Below, in pieces: positions 1 through 8,771 of a DNA stretch of 64,000 nucleotides. Position numbers and translations under genes: made by a program. Position 1 is the stretch's first letter; every line of letters begins with the position of its first letter. The stretch comes from a virus, in the IMG/VR virus record IMGVR_UViG_3300037312_000927, one strand, 5' to 3'. The notes below the pieces were generated by a model. That model was given only the letters and a program-made list of their open reading frames with translations, ran no database searches and was not told where the DNA came from.

Positions 1-348
1 GTCGGCATTGTCGTAATCGGTTGGCGTAGCCGTGTTATCGAAATAGATTGGTCCGATACCGACATCTATTTCAACGATGAAAAGCCGATCACCAAAGACG
101 AGGTGACCAAGACCAATACCTACGTCCACGCCTATGGTCTTACTAAAGCGGTCGAGTACCTCACGGCCCTTCGGAAGGAATTTTCCTCAGTGAGTCCTTA
201 TACTTATAGAGGTGAACGGCCTGAGGTAAAGCACGCAATATTTACCATGCGTGGGCTAGGACGACAGGCTCGTTTGAAAGTGATGCGTGAATTCTGCCAG
301 GTCTGCGGAGAATACAAAGCAGAGCACGGTGAAATGTGCATTGAGTAA
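1..348 (+). CDS. hypothetical phage protein, 5'-truncated at window edge
   Basis: Frame of ORF 103..348 is open back to base 1 (VGIVVIGWRSRVIEIDWSDT...); followed by hairpin + T-run terminator. Confidence 0.75.
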   Translation, partial: VGIVVIGWRSRVIEIDWSDTDIYFNDEKPITKDEVTKTNTYVHAYGLTKAVEYLTALRKEFSSVSPYTYRGERPEVKHAIFTMRGLGRQARLKVMREFCQVCGEYKAEHGEMCIE

Positions 349-402
349 TTCAAAGGTCCCTGATTCATTTCGGGGATTTTTTAGTTCAATAACTCAACTG
401 TA

Positions 403-413
403 TTTGGTATAAG
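403..413 (+). promoter_or_regulatory. early-type promoter motif TTTGGTATAAG
   Basis: Recurrent motif upstream of ORF 442; resembles extended -10 TGnTATAAT. Confidence 0.7.
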
Positions 414-441
414 AAAAGTATCTAAACATATTGAGGTTTTC

Positions 442-684
442 ATGGCTACGACTGTTAATGGTGTTACTTACATCCCCTTCCGTATCTTCGTTAGTGGTAC
501 CCAACACGAAATCTGGTTATCCGAAGCCACCCACGGGAGGGATCTAAGTTCTTGGTTTAGCGGAGATTACCCTCTGAGTGGATATCACATTGAACCGAAC
601 GGCAGGCATACTCAGTTAGGTTATCGTATCACCTTGGGTAGGCACGTCGGTGCCTCAGCAGTCGTGTATTACCCTGAGGATTAA
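442..684 (+). CDS. hypothetical protein (80 aa)
   Basis: GAGG RBS, own promoter motif and terminator. Confidence 0.7.
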   Translation: MATTVNGVTYIPFRIFVSGTQHEIWLSEATHGRDLSSWFSGDYPLSGYHIEPNGRHTQLGYRITLGRHVGASAVVYYPED

Positions 685-750
685 CCCTCAATAACTACTG
701 GTTAATTCTAGTAGTTTTTTAGCCATGAAAAATTCAATATTTTAGAGATC

Positions 751-761
751 TTTGGTATAAC
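751..761 (+). promoter_or_regulatory. early-type promoter motif (TTTGGTATAAC)
   Basis: Motif variant upstream of the Ubl gene. Confidence 0.65.
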
Positions 762-845
762 AATATTGTAAGGGAATGCATATATTATGCTGACTCTTAC
801 ACCCATCTTTTTACTAGTAAAACTTTAGCTAAGGAAACTAACCAT

Positions 846-1271
846 ATGACTACCGTCGCTCAAACCGTCCTGATCGTTACCTCGACCGACTCCGAATACA
901 CCGTCCCGGGCGACATGACCGCTGCTCAGCTGGTCACCGCTTACTCGTCGCAGATCCCGGGCCTGTCGAGCATGACCTCGACCGAGCGCTATGAACAACG
1001 TGCCATCGGCCAAGTCCGCATCGTCACGTTCAGCCCCCGCACGGGCACCAAGGGTTCGACAGGTCCGGTTGCTCAGACCGTCCTGATCGTCACGTCGACG
1101 GACTCGGAATACACGGTTCCGGGCGATATGACGGCTGCCCAACTGGTGACGGCTTATTCGAGCCAGATCCCGGGCCTGTCGAGCATGACCTCGACCGAGC
1201 GTTATGAACAGCGTTCGATCGGCCAGGTCCGTATCGTCACCTTCAGCCCCCGCACGGGCACCAAAGGCTAA
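846..1271 (+). CDS. tandem di-ubiquitin-like protein (two PRTRC protein C / Prok_Ub-like units, each ending TGTKG)
   Basis: Two ~67-aa units identical except one A/S, joined by STGP; C-terminal TKG typical of PRTRC-type Ubls; AAGGA RBS; adjacent E2/JAB/E1. Confidence 0.85.
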   Translation: MTTVAQTVLIVTSTDSEYTVPGDMTAAQLVTAYSSQIPGLSSMTSTERYEQRAIGQVRIVTFSPRTGTKGSTGPVAQTVLIVTSTDSEYTVPGDMTAAQLVTAYSSQIPGLSSMTSTERYEQRSIGQVRIVTFSPRTGTKG

Positions 1272-1287
1272 TCAGCCTTAAGTAGTG

Positions 1288-1322
1288 AAACAGCCAGGTT
1301 TCAACTTGGCTGTTTTTTTTAG
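1288..1322 (+). terminator. intrinsic terminator after Ubl gene
   Basis: AAACAGCCAGG/CTTGGCTGTTT stem then T-run + AG. Confidence 0.8.
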
Positions 1323-1345
1323 TTAACGTAACTTAGGGGAACACT

Positions 1346-2251
1346 ATGCAGAAAACACGAAGAGTGAACATCCTCAGTGGACTGACTCGTATCGTGGGTG
1401 AGATCCAGGCAGGCGTGAATAAGAAGTTTCAAGACTTCTATTTGAAATGTCTGCTTCAGCTCGGTTTGGTGACAAAGACGTTTAGCTATGATTTTGTGAT
1501 AGGGAATAATGGTTCCAGCTCCCATCGTAGATCGTTGAACAAACTCACCGGTCTCATTACAAAACAACTTCTGAAACTGAACCCGGCCGCAAACTTCGTG
1601 ACAGGGTCGTTTATTGATGGTAAACCCTCTGATCAATTTAAGATCAGTATCGGTGATACGGGATGGGTAAAGGATTACCCGTCATGGCGTCATGATAAGT
1701 TCGAGAAAATGAAGGCGAAGTTTCCGGAACTGTATGGTGACGCTCAAATAAACCATTTGTCTCTCGTTCACGGAACTTCCTTCGTAGAAATGTGGGCTCG
1801 TCTGAGCGACAAGTTCGGATGGGCGTATCGTTACTGCTCGTATCTAAACTATATGCTCAGAAAGCATTCAATCCCCCTACAAGCCAGTGTAGTGATCTCA
1901 GCGGATTCTGACTCTACCACGGACGAAAACGGGGTCAGGGTGCATCTATATAAACTCAATGCAACTATCATCTTCACTACAATGCAGTGGAGATGCAGGG
2001 ATTCCGACTCGGTAGCTCGGTATCGAGAAGTGCTCAACGGTGCGGAAGATGATTCACTTTTCTCAAATGATAACCTCTGGACTTCGGTTAATTTGCCCAA
2101 CAGCATTCGCCCAGGTTCGAGCAATTTCATCTATCGGAAGTTCCACATCAGTAAGGTGTTCATGCACCTGGATAAATCCCTGAAGATTTTGGAAACCTTA
2201 CTTAGGAAGGCAGATTATGGTGTTGGAGCATATACTCTCAGAGCTGAATAA
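1346..2251 (+). CDS. hypothetical protein within Ubl cassette (301 aa)
   Basis: Long ORF with GGGGA RBS between Ubl and E2; no motif recognised. Confidence 0.7.
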   Translation: MQKTRRVNILSGLTRIVGEIQAGVNKKFQDFYLKCLLQLGLVTKTFSYDFVIGNNGSSSHRRSLNKLTGLITKQLLKLNPAANFVTGSFIDGKPSDQFKISIGDTGWVKDYPSWRHDKFEKMKAKFPELYGDAQINHLSLVHGTSFVEMWARLSDKFGWAYRYCSYLNYMLRKHSIPLQASVVISADSDSTTDENGVRVHLYKLNATIIFTTMQWRCRDSDSVARYREVLNGAEDDSLFSNDNLWTSVNLPNSIRPGSSNFIYRKFHISKVFMHLDKSLKILETLLRKADYGVGAYTLRAE

Positions 2252-2480
2252 TTCGGTTTCCATCTCGGAACCTTATGAAAAGCTGTACAATCGGCACATC
2301 GCATTGGGACCCATTGTGGACGAGGAAAGCCTCGATGACCTAATCGATTTTGCCTGTGAGGCCCTGAATTTTAAAGGGTCAGATAATCTCCCCATTGTTG
2401 ATCTGAAGCTCATTGGGGTTCAGATCAAAGTTGCAAGAACTTTCATTAACACTGATTCTGAAGAGGACTTTTTCATATGA
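2217..2480 (+). CDS. hypothetical protein within Ubl cassette (87 aa)
   Basis: Overlaps both neighbours (ATGA coupling with the E2 gene). Confidence 0.6.
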   Translation: MVLEHILSELNNSVSISEPYEKLYNRHIALGPIVDEESLDDLIDFACEALNFKGSDNLPIVDLKLIGVQIKVARTFINTDSEEDFFI

Positions 2481-3337
2481 ACGAAACCGAAACTATGGAA
2501 GCAGTTCAGCTTACCCCAATCGTCCAGGAAACTGAACCGGCAGCCGCTCCAGCAGTCCCGACTTTCGAACAAGCCGTGGAGGCTCAAGCCGGAGGTGCCT
2601 CTACGGTCGATGTTCTGAAACTGGAACTATTCAAAGACTACGCTGAAATCGACATGGGCAACAAGATCAAGAAGCAGATCTCCCATGAGACGCTACGAGA
2701 CATACTGAACAAAACCCTGAACACGGCTCAGCCCCAATCGGAAACGATTAAAGGTATGCTGATGCCGAGTAATGTGTTCTTCATGAGTCAGACGGCTAAC
2801 CGCCTCCATTTCAATACGTATTATTCCGGTGGTAAACGTAATATGTTGTACGGTGAACGCAAGATGGAAATCATGGCGCCGAACATCATCATCTCGTTTA
2901 CCCTCCGTAAGGATGGTTCGGACTGGATCATCGATTCTGAAGCTACGAAATACTTCTGTACCGATCTTCCGCTGAACAAACTGCCGAAGGACTTCATCAA
3001 CCAGATCAGTCATAAAGATGGTATCTATCTTCTTCCGATGAGTAACACCTATGACGAAGGTAAGATGTGCTACGGCAGTAACTCGATGCCTGCACGTTTT
3101 AAGGATAACAACTTCCGTGGCCTGGACTGGTATTTCCGCTATCTGTGGGAGACGCCGTTCAACAGCGATCTGGGCATTCGTGCGGTAGGTTCGATCGGAG
3201 TCAGTGATTGGTACGATCTTCTGGCTCGTACGGCTAAGGATAATAAGACCTTCCCGTACCGTGATCTGCGTGGCTGGAGAGAGATTGATGGTGCCATCCC
3301 TAGCACCTCAGAACTCGGCCGTGGCCGTGATCGCTAA
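2477..3337 (+). CDS. prokaryotic E2 family D-like protein (PRTRC protein B-like)
   Basis: LPMSNTYDEGKMCYGSN and LWETPFNSDL match the P-x-x-N-x-Y-x-x-G-x-x-C-W/Y-G ... F-N/S pattern; context with JAB and ThiF. Confidence 0.75.
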   Translation: MNETETMEAVQLTPIVQETEPAAAPAVPTFEQAVEAQAGGASTVDVLKLELFKDYAEIDMGNKIKKQISHETLRDILNKTLNTAQPQSETIKGMLMPSNVFFMSQTANRLHFNTYYSGGKRNMLYGERKMEIMAPNIIISFTLRKDGSDWIIDSEATKYFCTDLPLNKLPKDFINQISHKDGIYLLPMSNTYDEGKMCYGSNSMPARFKDNNFRGLDWYFRYLWETPFNSDLGIRAVGSIGVSDWYDLLARTAKDNKTFPYRDLRGWREIDGAIPSTSELGRGRDR

Positions 3338-3351
3338 ATAAAACGTAGTAT

Positions 3352-3362
3352 TTTGGTATAAG
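3352..3362 (+). promoter_or_regulatory. early-type promoter motif TTTGGTATAAG
   Basis: Upstream of JAB gene, followed by an 8-bp hairpin. Confidence 0.7.
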
Positions 3363-3419
3363 AGCTAGGAGATGACCTCTCCTAGTTAATTTTAGTTAAC
3401 CCTTTATTTTGGAAAAATT

Positions 3420-4745
3420 ATGCACATTTTAGCACCTTCGATGAGCTGCATCTGCTTCCCTGGCGAAGTGCAAGACGCTATGGCACAAGGTTACAAACAA
3501 ATCTACGTTGCCACGACGCAAGGCATCTTCAAACATCACATCCTTCGTGGCGAGGGTCGCTATGTCCGTGTGAAGGTCGATAAAATCCCGGGCTACGAAG
3601 AGCCGAAGATCGAAGAAGCCATGAACTTCCTGCCGGCTGGTAAGGTCCCGTACGAACTGTACGAGCAAATTCTGGCCTTCTTCAAGAAAGTCATGGAAGT
3701 GAACACCTCGGAAGTCGAGGCAATGATTCACGTGCTGTACAATCCTGAGCAAGGTTATCACCTGGGCGTTCCTCCTCAGAAAATCAGCAAGGCAAGCGTA
3801 AGCTATGACTGGAACTACGTTCCGGCTGGCACGAGTATCGTGGTTGACATTCACAGCCACAATACGATGGGAGCCTTCTTCAGCGGCACCGACAACCGTG
3901 ACGATGCCCACAACATTTCGTACTCGGGTGTCTTCGGGAAGCTGAAAGATGCGGAACCTATGACTGTGTGGCGTTTCAACTACATGGACAAGAAATACGA
4001 GGCGAAAGCGTCCGATATTTTTGATACTCCCGCACGACCGGAAGTAGAGGTTCCTAAAGAATGGCTGGACAACGTTAAAGTGGAATCGTATCAATCCCAC
4101 TATAACGGAGGTTACAGTAACCGGGGAAACGTCGGAAAGTGGCAGGGTCACTCCGTGAGTGGTCCGAGCAATACTACCCTGACGAAGAACTCGTTACCAC
4201 AGGCAAAAAACGTAAGCCAAACCGTAAACAACAACGGAAAGGTAAATGAGGCTGTTTATTATCCCGGTCAAGATGAACTCGGGCTGGAAGGAGGTGGGTT
4301 CAACAGCTGGTCTGACGACGAGCTCGAAGACTACTTTCGTAACATTGGCCGGCGCGGTGTTTCTCATGCGTATGGAGTTAACGAAGCTCGGGGTATCATT
4401 CTTCCCGACGATGTTCCCGATCCGAATACTACCGTAACGGAAGATCCGGAGGCTGACACCTTGGGAAAGTCGAAGGGGGAGGGAGTGACCCCAAACAGCA
4501 TCATCTCCACTGATCCTGCTTACCTTGCCACGGCTGTCAAGTATGGTACTGACGTTGCTGATGCCTGGTATGATATCGGCAATTTGATGTGCAACCTCGA
4601 AGGTAAAGATGAACTTCTTAGTGAACTGATCCAAGATATGTTCGGTTTGACTTCCCCTTCCGAGCAACTCAAGGTTCTGCACTTGATGTACGATAACATG
4701 GATCCGGCCAGCCGGGAGAAGTTGGAAACCCAAGGGTTTGCTTAA
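3420..4745 (+). CDS. JAB/MPN metalloprotease (PRTRC protein A-like) with long C-terminal extension
   Basis: EAM ... VDIHSHNTMGAFFSGTDNRDD = JAB E...HSH-x7-S-x2-D motif. Confidence 0.85.
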   Translation: MHILAPSMSCICFPGEVQDAMAQGYKQIYVATTQGIFKHHILRGEGRYVRVKVDKIPGYEEPKIEEAMNFLPAGKVPYELYEQILAFFKKVMEVNTSEVEAMIHVLYNPEQGYHLGVPPQKISKASVSYDWNYVPAGTSIVVDIHSHNTMGAFFSGTDNRDDAHNISYSGVFGKLKDAEPMTVWRFNYMDKKYEAKASDIFDTPARPEVEVPKEWLDNVKVESYQSHYNGGYSNRGNVGKWQGHSVSGPSNTTLTKNSLPQAKNVSQTVNNNGKVNEAVYYPGQDELGLEGGGFNSWSDDELEDYFRNIGRRGVSHAYGVNEARGIILPDDVPDPNTTVTEDPEADTLGKSKGEGVTPNSIISTDPAYLATAVKYGTDVADAWYDIGNLMCNLEGKDELLSELIQDMFGLTSPSEQLKVLHLMYDNMDPASREKLETQGFA

Positions 4746-4795
4746 TAATCAATGTGAGGCGGGGTTCCCGCCCCGCTTCATTTGAAAGGATTTAA

Positions 4796-6154
4796 ATGTT
4801 TAGCTTTACCTCTAGCATAATTCCGAATAACGTCTTCGTTATCGGTGCGGGTGGAACAGGTGGTCGCTTGATCCCCTTGCTCAGCCAGTTCATGCGAAGC
4901 ATTACTCGTGGGGTGAGCCCTATGGGTTGGCTGGAATCTCCTAGAATCTGGCTGATCGATGACGACGTTGTGGAGCAGAAGAACTTGCTTCGTCAAAACT
5001 TCATTGACCGTGACGTCGGCAAGTACAAGGCTGCAGTTCTGGCCGAACGTTACACTCGGGCTTACAACGTTCCGGTGATCCCGATCATTCGTCGTATCGA
5101 AACGGGTTCGGCCCAAGAGTTCTACAAAGATGTGAACGACAACCTGTTCGTCATGAACGGTAACATCGACACGGTGAAGTTTAACAACATCATCGGCAGC
5201 AGTGTCGTCATCATCTGCGTCGACTCGGTCGAAGCACGTCGAGATATCCTGAACGTGTTTGTCACCGGCGATCAGCCTAATAAGACTATCTTCATCGATG
5301 CTGGTAACGAAGATAGTTTCGGCCAGGTGAGTTTCTTCACCTCATCGATTCTGCTTAGCCACAAGACGACCAGTGCAGCCCAGGAAATTCCGAAGCTGTG
5401 TCCGGTGTCAGCTGACGTTGATTTCATCCCGATCGACGTGGACTACTACCGGGGCCTGGTGGACACGCCGGCTCAAGGTAGCTGTGCGGATCTGAATCAA
5501 ACCCTGGCGATCAATGCTATCATGGCAACGACGATTATGGGCGTGGTGCAGAACTGCTTCTACCGTAAGCCTATGACCTATAACAAGGTCAGTATCAGTC
5601 TGGACGGGGGTAATCACACGACGTACAACACGTTCAACAATCTCAACAATGCCGGCATCTCTAAAGAGACCTGGCATAATGGGCGTAACGGGAGTCTGTA
5701 TTCCGAAGAACGTGAAGGTCGTCGGAAGTGTCTGGGGTTCGTCGGTCGAGCTCAGACACACGAGGCACGTGATCTGCGACAGACTCTTCTGGATAAGATG
5801 GAAGAGATCAATCGTCAGGCTGAACTGGCACGCCGTAAGGCTGCTGAGGAAGCTGAACGGGCAGCAGAGCAAGCTCGTATCAAGATCGTTGCCGATCGTA
5901 AGCGTGAAGAGATCCGTCGTATGGTAGAGGCGGCTCGTCAAGCACGGGAGACTCCGGTTGCCCCGACCTTGGCTGATGCAGTAGCGGTTGTGGCTAGTGC
6001 GGCAAGTGTTGTTGAGGTCCCGGCAGCTCCTCCTCCGCTGACTCCGGTTCGTCAACGTACCCGCCGAGTTGTAGAACTTGCTTTACCTCCCGCTGATGCA
6101 TATGTGGAGGGTGACGAGGACGACAACGAAGTGGATGAAGACGATCCTTATTAA
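4796..6154 (+). CDS. ThiF/E1-like activating enzyme (PRTRC ThiF-like) with coiled-coil/acidic tail
   Basis: IGAGGTGG, DDDVVEQKNLLRQNF, CVDS, DAGN, candidate catalytic Cys in QGSCADL, QTLAIN. Confidence 0.9.
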   Translation: MFSFTSSIIPNNVFVIGAGGTGGRLIPLLSQFMRSITRGVSPMGWLESPRIWLIDDDVVEQKNLLRQNFIDRDVGKYKAAVLAERYTRAYNVPVIPIIRRIETGSAQEFYKDVNDNLFVMNGNIDTVKFNNIIGSSVVIICVDSVEARRDILNVFVTGDQPNKTIFIDAGNEDSFGQVSFFTSSILLSHKTTSAAQEIPKLCPVSADVDFIPIDVDYYRGLVDTPAQGSCADLNQTLAINAIMATTIMGVVQNCFYRKPMTYNKVSISLDGGNHTTYNTFNNLNNAGISKETWHNGRNGSLYSEEREGRRKCLGFVGRAQTHEARDLRQTLLDKMEEINRQAELARRKAAEEAERAAEQARIKIVADRKREEIRRMVEAARQARETPVAPTLADAVAVVASAASVVEVPAAPPPLTPVRQRTRRVVELALPPADAYVEGDEDDNEVDEDDPY

Positions 6155-6156
6155 TG

Positions 6157-6191
6157 AAAAACCCAGGTTTCTATGCCTGGGTTTTTTTTAG
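6157..6191 (+). terminator. intrinsic (probably bidirectional) terminator
   Basis: AAAAACCCAGG/CCTGGGTTTTT stem between convergent genes. Confidence 0.8.
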
Positions 6192-6193
6192 CT

Positions 6194-6601
6194 TTACGAA
6201 GTCCGTTCTCGACTTGCAGTAGTCAAATTTTCCACTACATCAAAACTTGCTAAAGGAGTACCGTCTTGTCTAATCATATCCAACTTACCAAGTTGTTTAT
6301 CCCAAATCCAGCTGCCTAAGGCTTCATCTTCAAGATTTTTAAGAGAAGAATATATGCTCTTAGTAACCACTTCGATAAACGCTACTAAGTTATTGTTAAA
6401 GATGACACATTGACGACCTGTTATAGTAGGGTTGTATGTGACAATATAAATACCTGGGGTTGAAGATTCTACTACCGTAGTAGTAGCACTATCTACTACA
6501 GTGCCGTTATTAAGAACTGTTAACCCTGGATTAACCAATCCTGGATCGGCTTGGAAGTAGAGTTTTATAGTTTCGTTTATGGTTGCACTTGTATTAATCA
6601 T
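6194..6601 (-). CDS. hypothetical, probable virion protein
   Basis: Beta-rich 135-aa ORF ending a coupled minus-strand operon. Confidence 0.6.
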   Translation of the reverse strand: MINTSATINETIKLYFQADPGLVNPGLTVLNNGTVVDSATTTVVESSTPGIYIVTYNPTITGRQCVIFNNNLVAFIEVVTKSIYSSLKNLEDEALGSWIWDKQLGKLDMIRQDGTPLASFDVVENLTTASRERTS

Positions 6602-7131
6602 AACTCGTCCATGTATTTGACGTATATTTCAATAGCCTTACGCTTATCATCTGTTTCTTGAGGAGTTTGACCCGGGACTAATGCATTAGCTGGCACAAAC
6701 GTAAAGGGATATACTGGCTCTGAATAACCTTCTTCTCTAAGTAGATAGGTTACGACCTCTACGATATCACTATTAGGTTCATTGAAACTACCTTTAGGCA
6801 CTTCCAAATTCTTAGACTCTTCAATGGCATAGGCCAATTCAAGGCTAGTAGGCAGTGGCAGGAACTCAAAGTCAGCGACCTTGTTATTCATTACATCTAC
6901 TGCGTGAAGAAAGAATGCCATATCACTATACAGAAGTTCAGGATCCTTTTCGATAGCCTGCAGCAAAGAGATCTTGTCACGGGTTAGTTCATCTAGAACG
7001 AGGCCTAACTCCAGGCTGATAGTTTCAAGTTCCCAATCCTTCCACATACCCGGCCCGAAGAGGCGATCAAGATTTCCCTTAATGTGGTGCAGGGGCGCAA
7101 GCCCCATGCTGTTATCTGAATCTTTAAACAT
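6598..7131 (-). CDS. hypothetical protein (177 aa)
   Basis: Translationally coupled in minus-strand operon. Confidence 0.65.
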   Translation of the reverse strand: MFKDSDNSMGLAPLHHIKGNLDRLFGPGMWKDWELETISLELGLVLDELTRDKISLLQAIEKDPELLYSDMAFFLHAVDVMNNKVADFEFLPLPTSLELAYAIEESKNLEVPKGSFNEPNSDIVEVVTYLLREEGYSEPVYPFTFVPANALVPGQTPQETDDKRKAIEIYVKYMDEL

Positions 7132-8032
7132 TTCTCACCAGGTTGGAAAGTACATGTTGCATGTCCAACGGGAGGGTCTCTACAACATTCTTGAAGTTCA
7201 TCGGCCCACTGTCCATCTCCTTAGCGATATCCGATCCTAGATAGCTAGCAATTTTGCTACGGCCAACACGTTCTAGGTTCTCGTAAGGAATTTGTTTACC
7301 TGCGACCTTAACCATCAAACTGCTCTTGTAAGCGGCTTCTTTAGTATGGAAAACTTCACGGTGGAAGTTATGACCTTTGAAATGTAGACCTGCTTGTTTA
7401 TCGAGTTGAGCAACAGTATCTGCCAGGAAACTTTGAAGATCCGAGGTCATATCGGAGTTGGCGTATTTTCGACCTATAACCGATGCGATCTTTACGAAGC
7501 TGTCGTCTTTTGTTTCATGATAACGTACTGCCAGAGATTTAACCGCAGCTTCTTTATCCAGATAGGCGTTACCACTATACAGTGTAACTTCTTCAGCTGG
7601 TTCAAGACCTTTTTCTTTAGCTTCCTTATAAAGTTCTTTGGCCTTAAGACTACGGTCAACAATAGTCATATCCCCATAAGATCCGCAAAAACTTGACTCT
7701 TTCAAGAGATAAGATTCAACAGAAGAGTTACTACGATTCATCTCCAGTTGAGATGCAGCTTTAATCATAGCTTCTGAAAGTTGTTCAACTTCGAACTTAA
7801 CCCCGTAGGCTTCGACAGCAGCGGCAACCTTTTCAATCTCAAATACATCTACAGGGCTATACGCCACTTTCTCGAAGTACTTAAGCTGAAGAGCCGTAGC
7901 GATGGTGCTGTCTCGGCTGTCCAAAGGCATTTCTTTGTCTACGCTTGCTTCTTTCACCAGAGGTAGGGCTTCTGGAACATATTCCAGGATTTGTTTTAAA
8001 GTATGTGCTAGCATTGTCATATTAACCACCAA
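7124..8032 (-). CDS. hypothetical, probable head-associated protein with K-x-A sites
   Basis: VKEA, EKVA, IKAA, VKIA, DKQA, TKEA motifs as in head-module proteins. Confidence 0.6.
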   Translation of the reverse strand: MVVNMTMLAHTLKQILEYVPEALPLVKEASVDKEMPLDSRDSTIATALQLKYFEKVAYSPVDVFEIEKVAAAVEAYGVKFEVEQLSEAMIKAASQLEMNRSNSSVESYLLKESSFCGSYGDMTIVDRSLKAKELYKEAKEKGLEPAEEVTLYSGNAYLDKEAAVKSLAVRYHETKDDSFVKIASVIGRKYANSDMTSDLQSFLADTVAQLDKQAGLHFKGHNFHREVFHTKEAAYKSSLMVKVAGKQIPYENLERVGRSKIASYLGSDIAKEMDSGPMNFKNVVETLPLDMQHVLSNLVRNV

Positions 8033-8750
8033 ACATGTTTTTTCTCATTTTCTCAACTACGCTCATGAAATCCTCGTGAGACTTGTCGAATTCACGCTCC
8101 ACTTCTTCATGACTTTTACCGTCGGCAAATTCTACATCAGAGTTACCGTAATTATGAGCCATAGTTTTAAAGTAAGCTTCAGGTCCTGCCATTTCAGTAA
8201 TCTTACGAGGTATGGAATTGAGATTATTCTTAATATCACCCATACTCTTAGACGTTAAACTTCCACCACTTACTAGAGAACCTAATTGGCCTTGACGATT
8301 AATTAGAACCTTTAGCGCGTTCTCGTCGCTAGGGTCTTTCGCAACCGCATCGAAGCGAGCCGCCATAGATTTGCGATCGTTAATGTATTTACGGGCTCCA
8401 AAATAGCTACTGATCCCGGTAGCTGCGACCCCCATAGCAATAGGGATTGCGATAACGGAAGCTGGAATATTAGGGTTCTTGAAATAGCTCGCTACTTGTC
8501 TCGCCCCTGCGTACGCCAGCCCACCTGTGGTCAGACCAGACATTGCAGAATCAAGCACTACAGCCCCGATCTCTTTTTTGGTCAAAGCTTTGCTAGTATG
8601 TGAGCTAATGTGTGATGCAAATTTCTTGATCAGGTCAAGTTTGTTATCCAAAGACATATCTTTGAATAATGGATTGTCGATAACAGCCGTGACATCGATG
8701 CCCCGGGCCTTGTATTCGTCAATCAGAATTCTTATGATTTTTTCTTCCAT
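8022..8750 (-). CDS. hypothetical protein with two hydrophobic Gly/Ala-rich segments
   Basis: GLTTGGLAYAG and IAIPIAMGVAATGISSYF; TAAAATA at 8775-8781 upstream. Confidence 0.65.
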   Translation of the reverse strand: MEEKIIRILIDEYKARGIDVTAVIDNPLFKDMSLDNKLDLIKKFASHISSHTSKALTKKEIGAVVLDSAMSGLTTGGLAYAGARQVASYFKNPNIPASVIAIPIAMGVAATGISSYFGARKYINDRKSMAARFDAVAKDPSDENALKVLINRQGQLGSLVSGGSLTSKSMGDIKNNLNSIPRKITEMAGPEAYFKTMAHNYGNSDVEFADGKSHEEVEREFDKSHEDFMSVVEKMRKNMFGG

Positions 8751-8771
8751 TAATTCCCCAAATGGTTATGT

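Noticed and set aside
825-1142. Minus-strand ORF with internal repeat
   Set aside because: Reverse-frame echo of the di-Ubl duplication
3429-6055. Long minus-strand ORFs 3429..4151, 4194..4733 and 5408..6055
   Set aside because: Shadows of JAB and E1, which carry clear catalytic motifs on the plus strand
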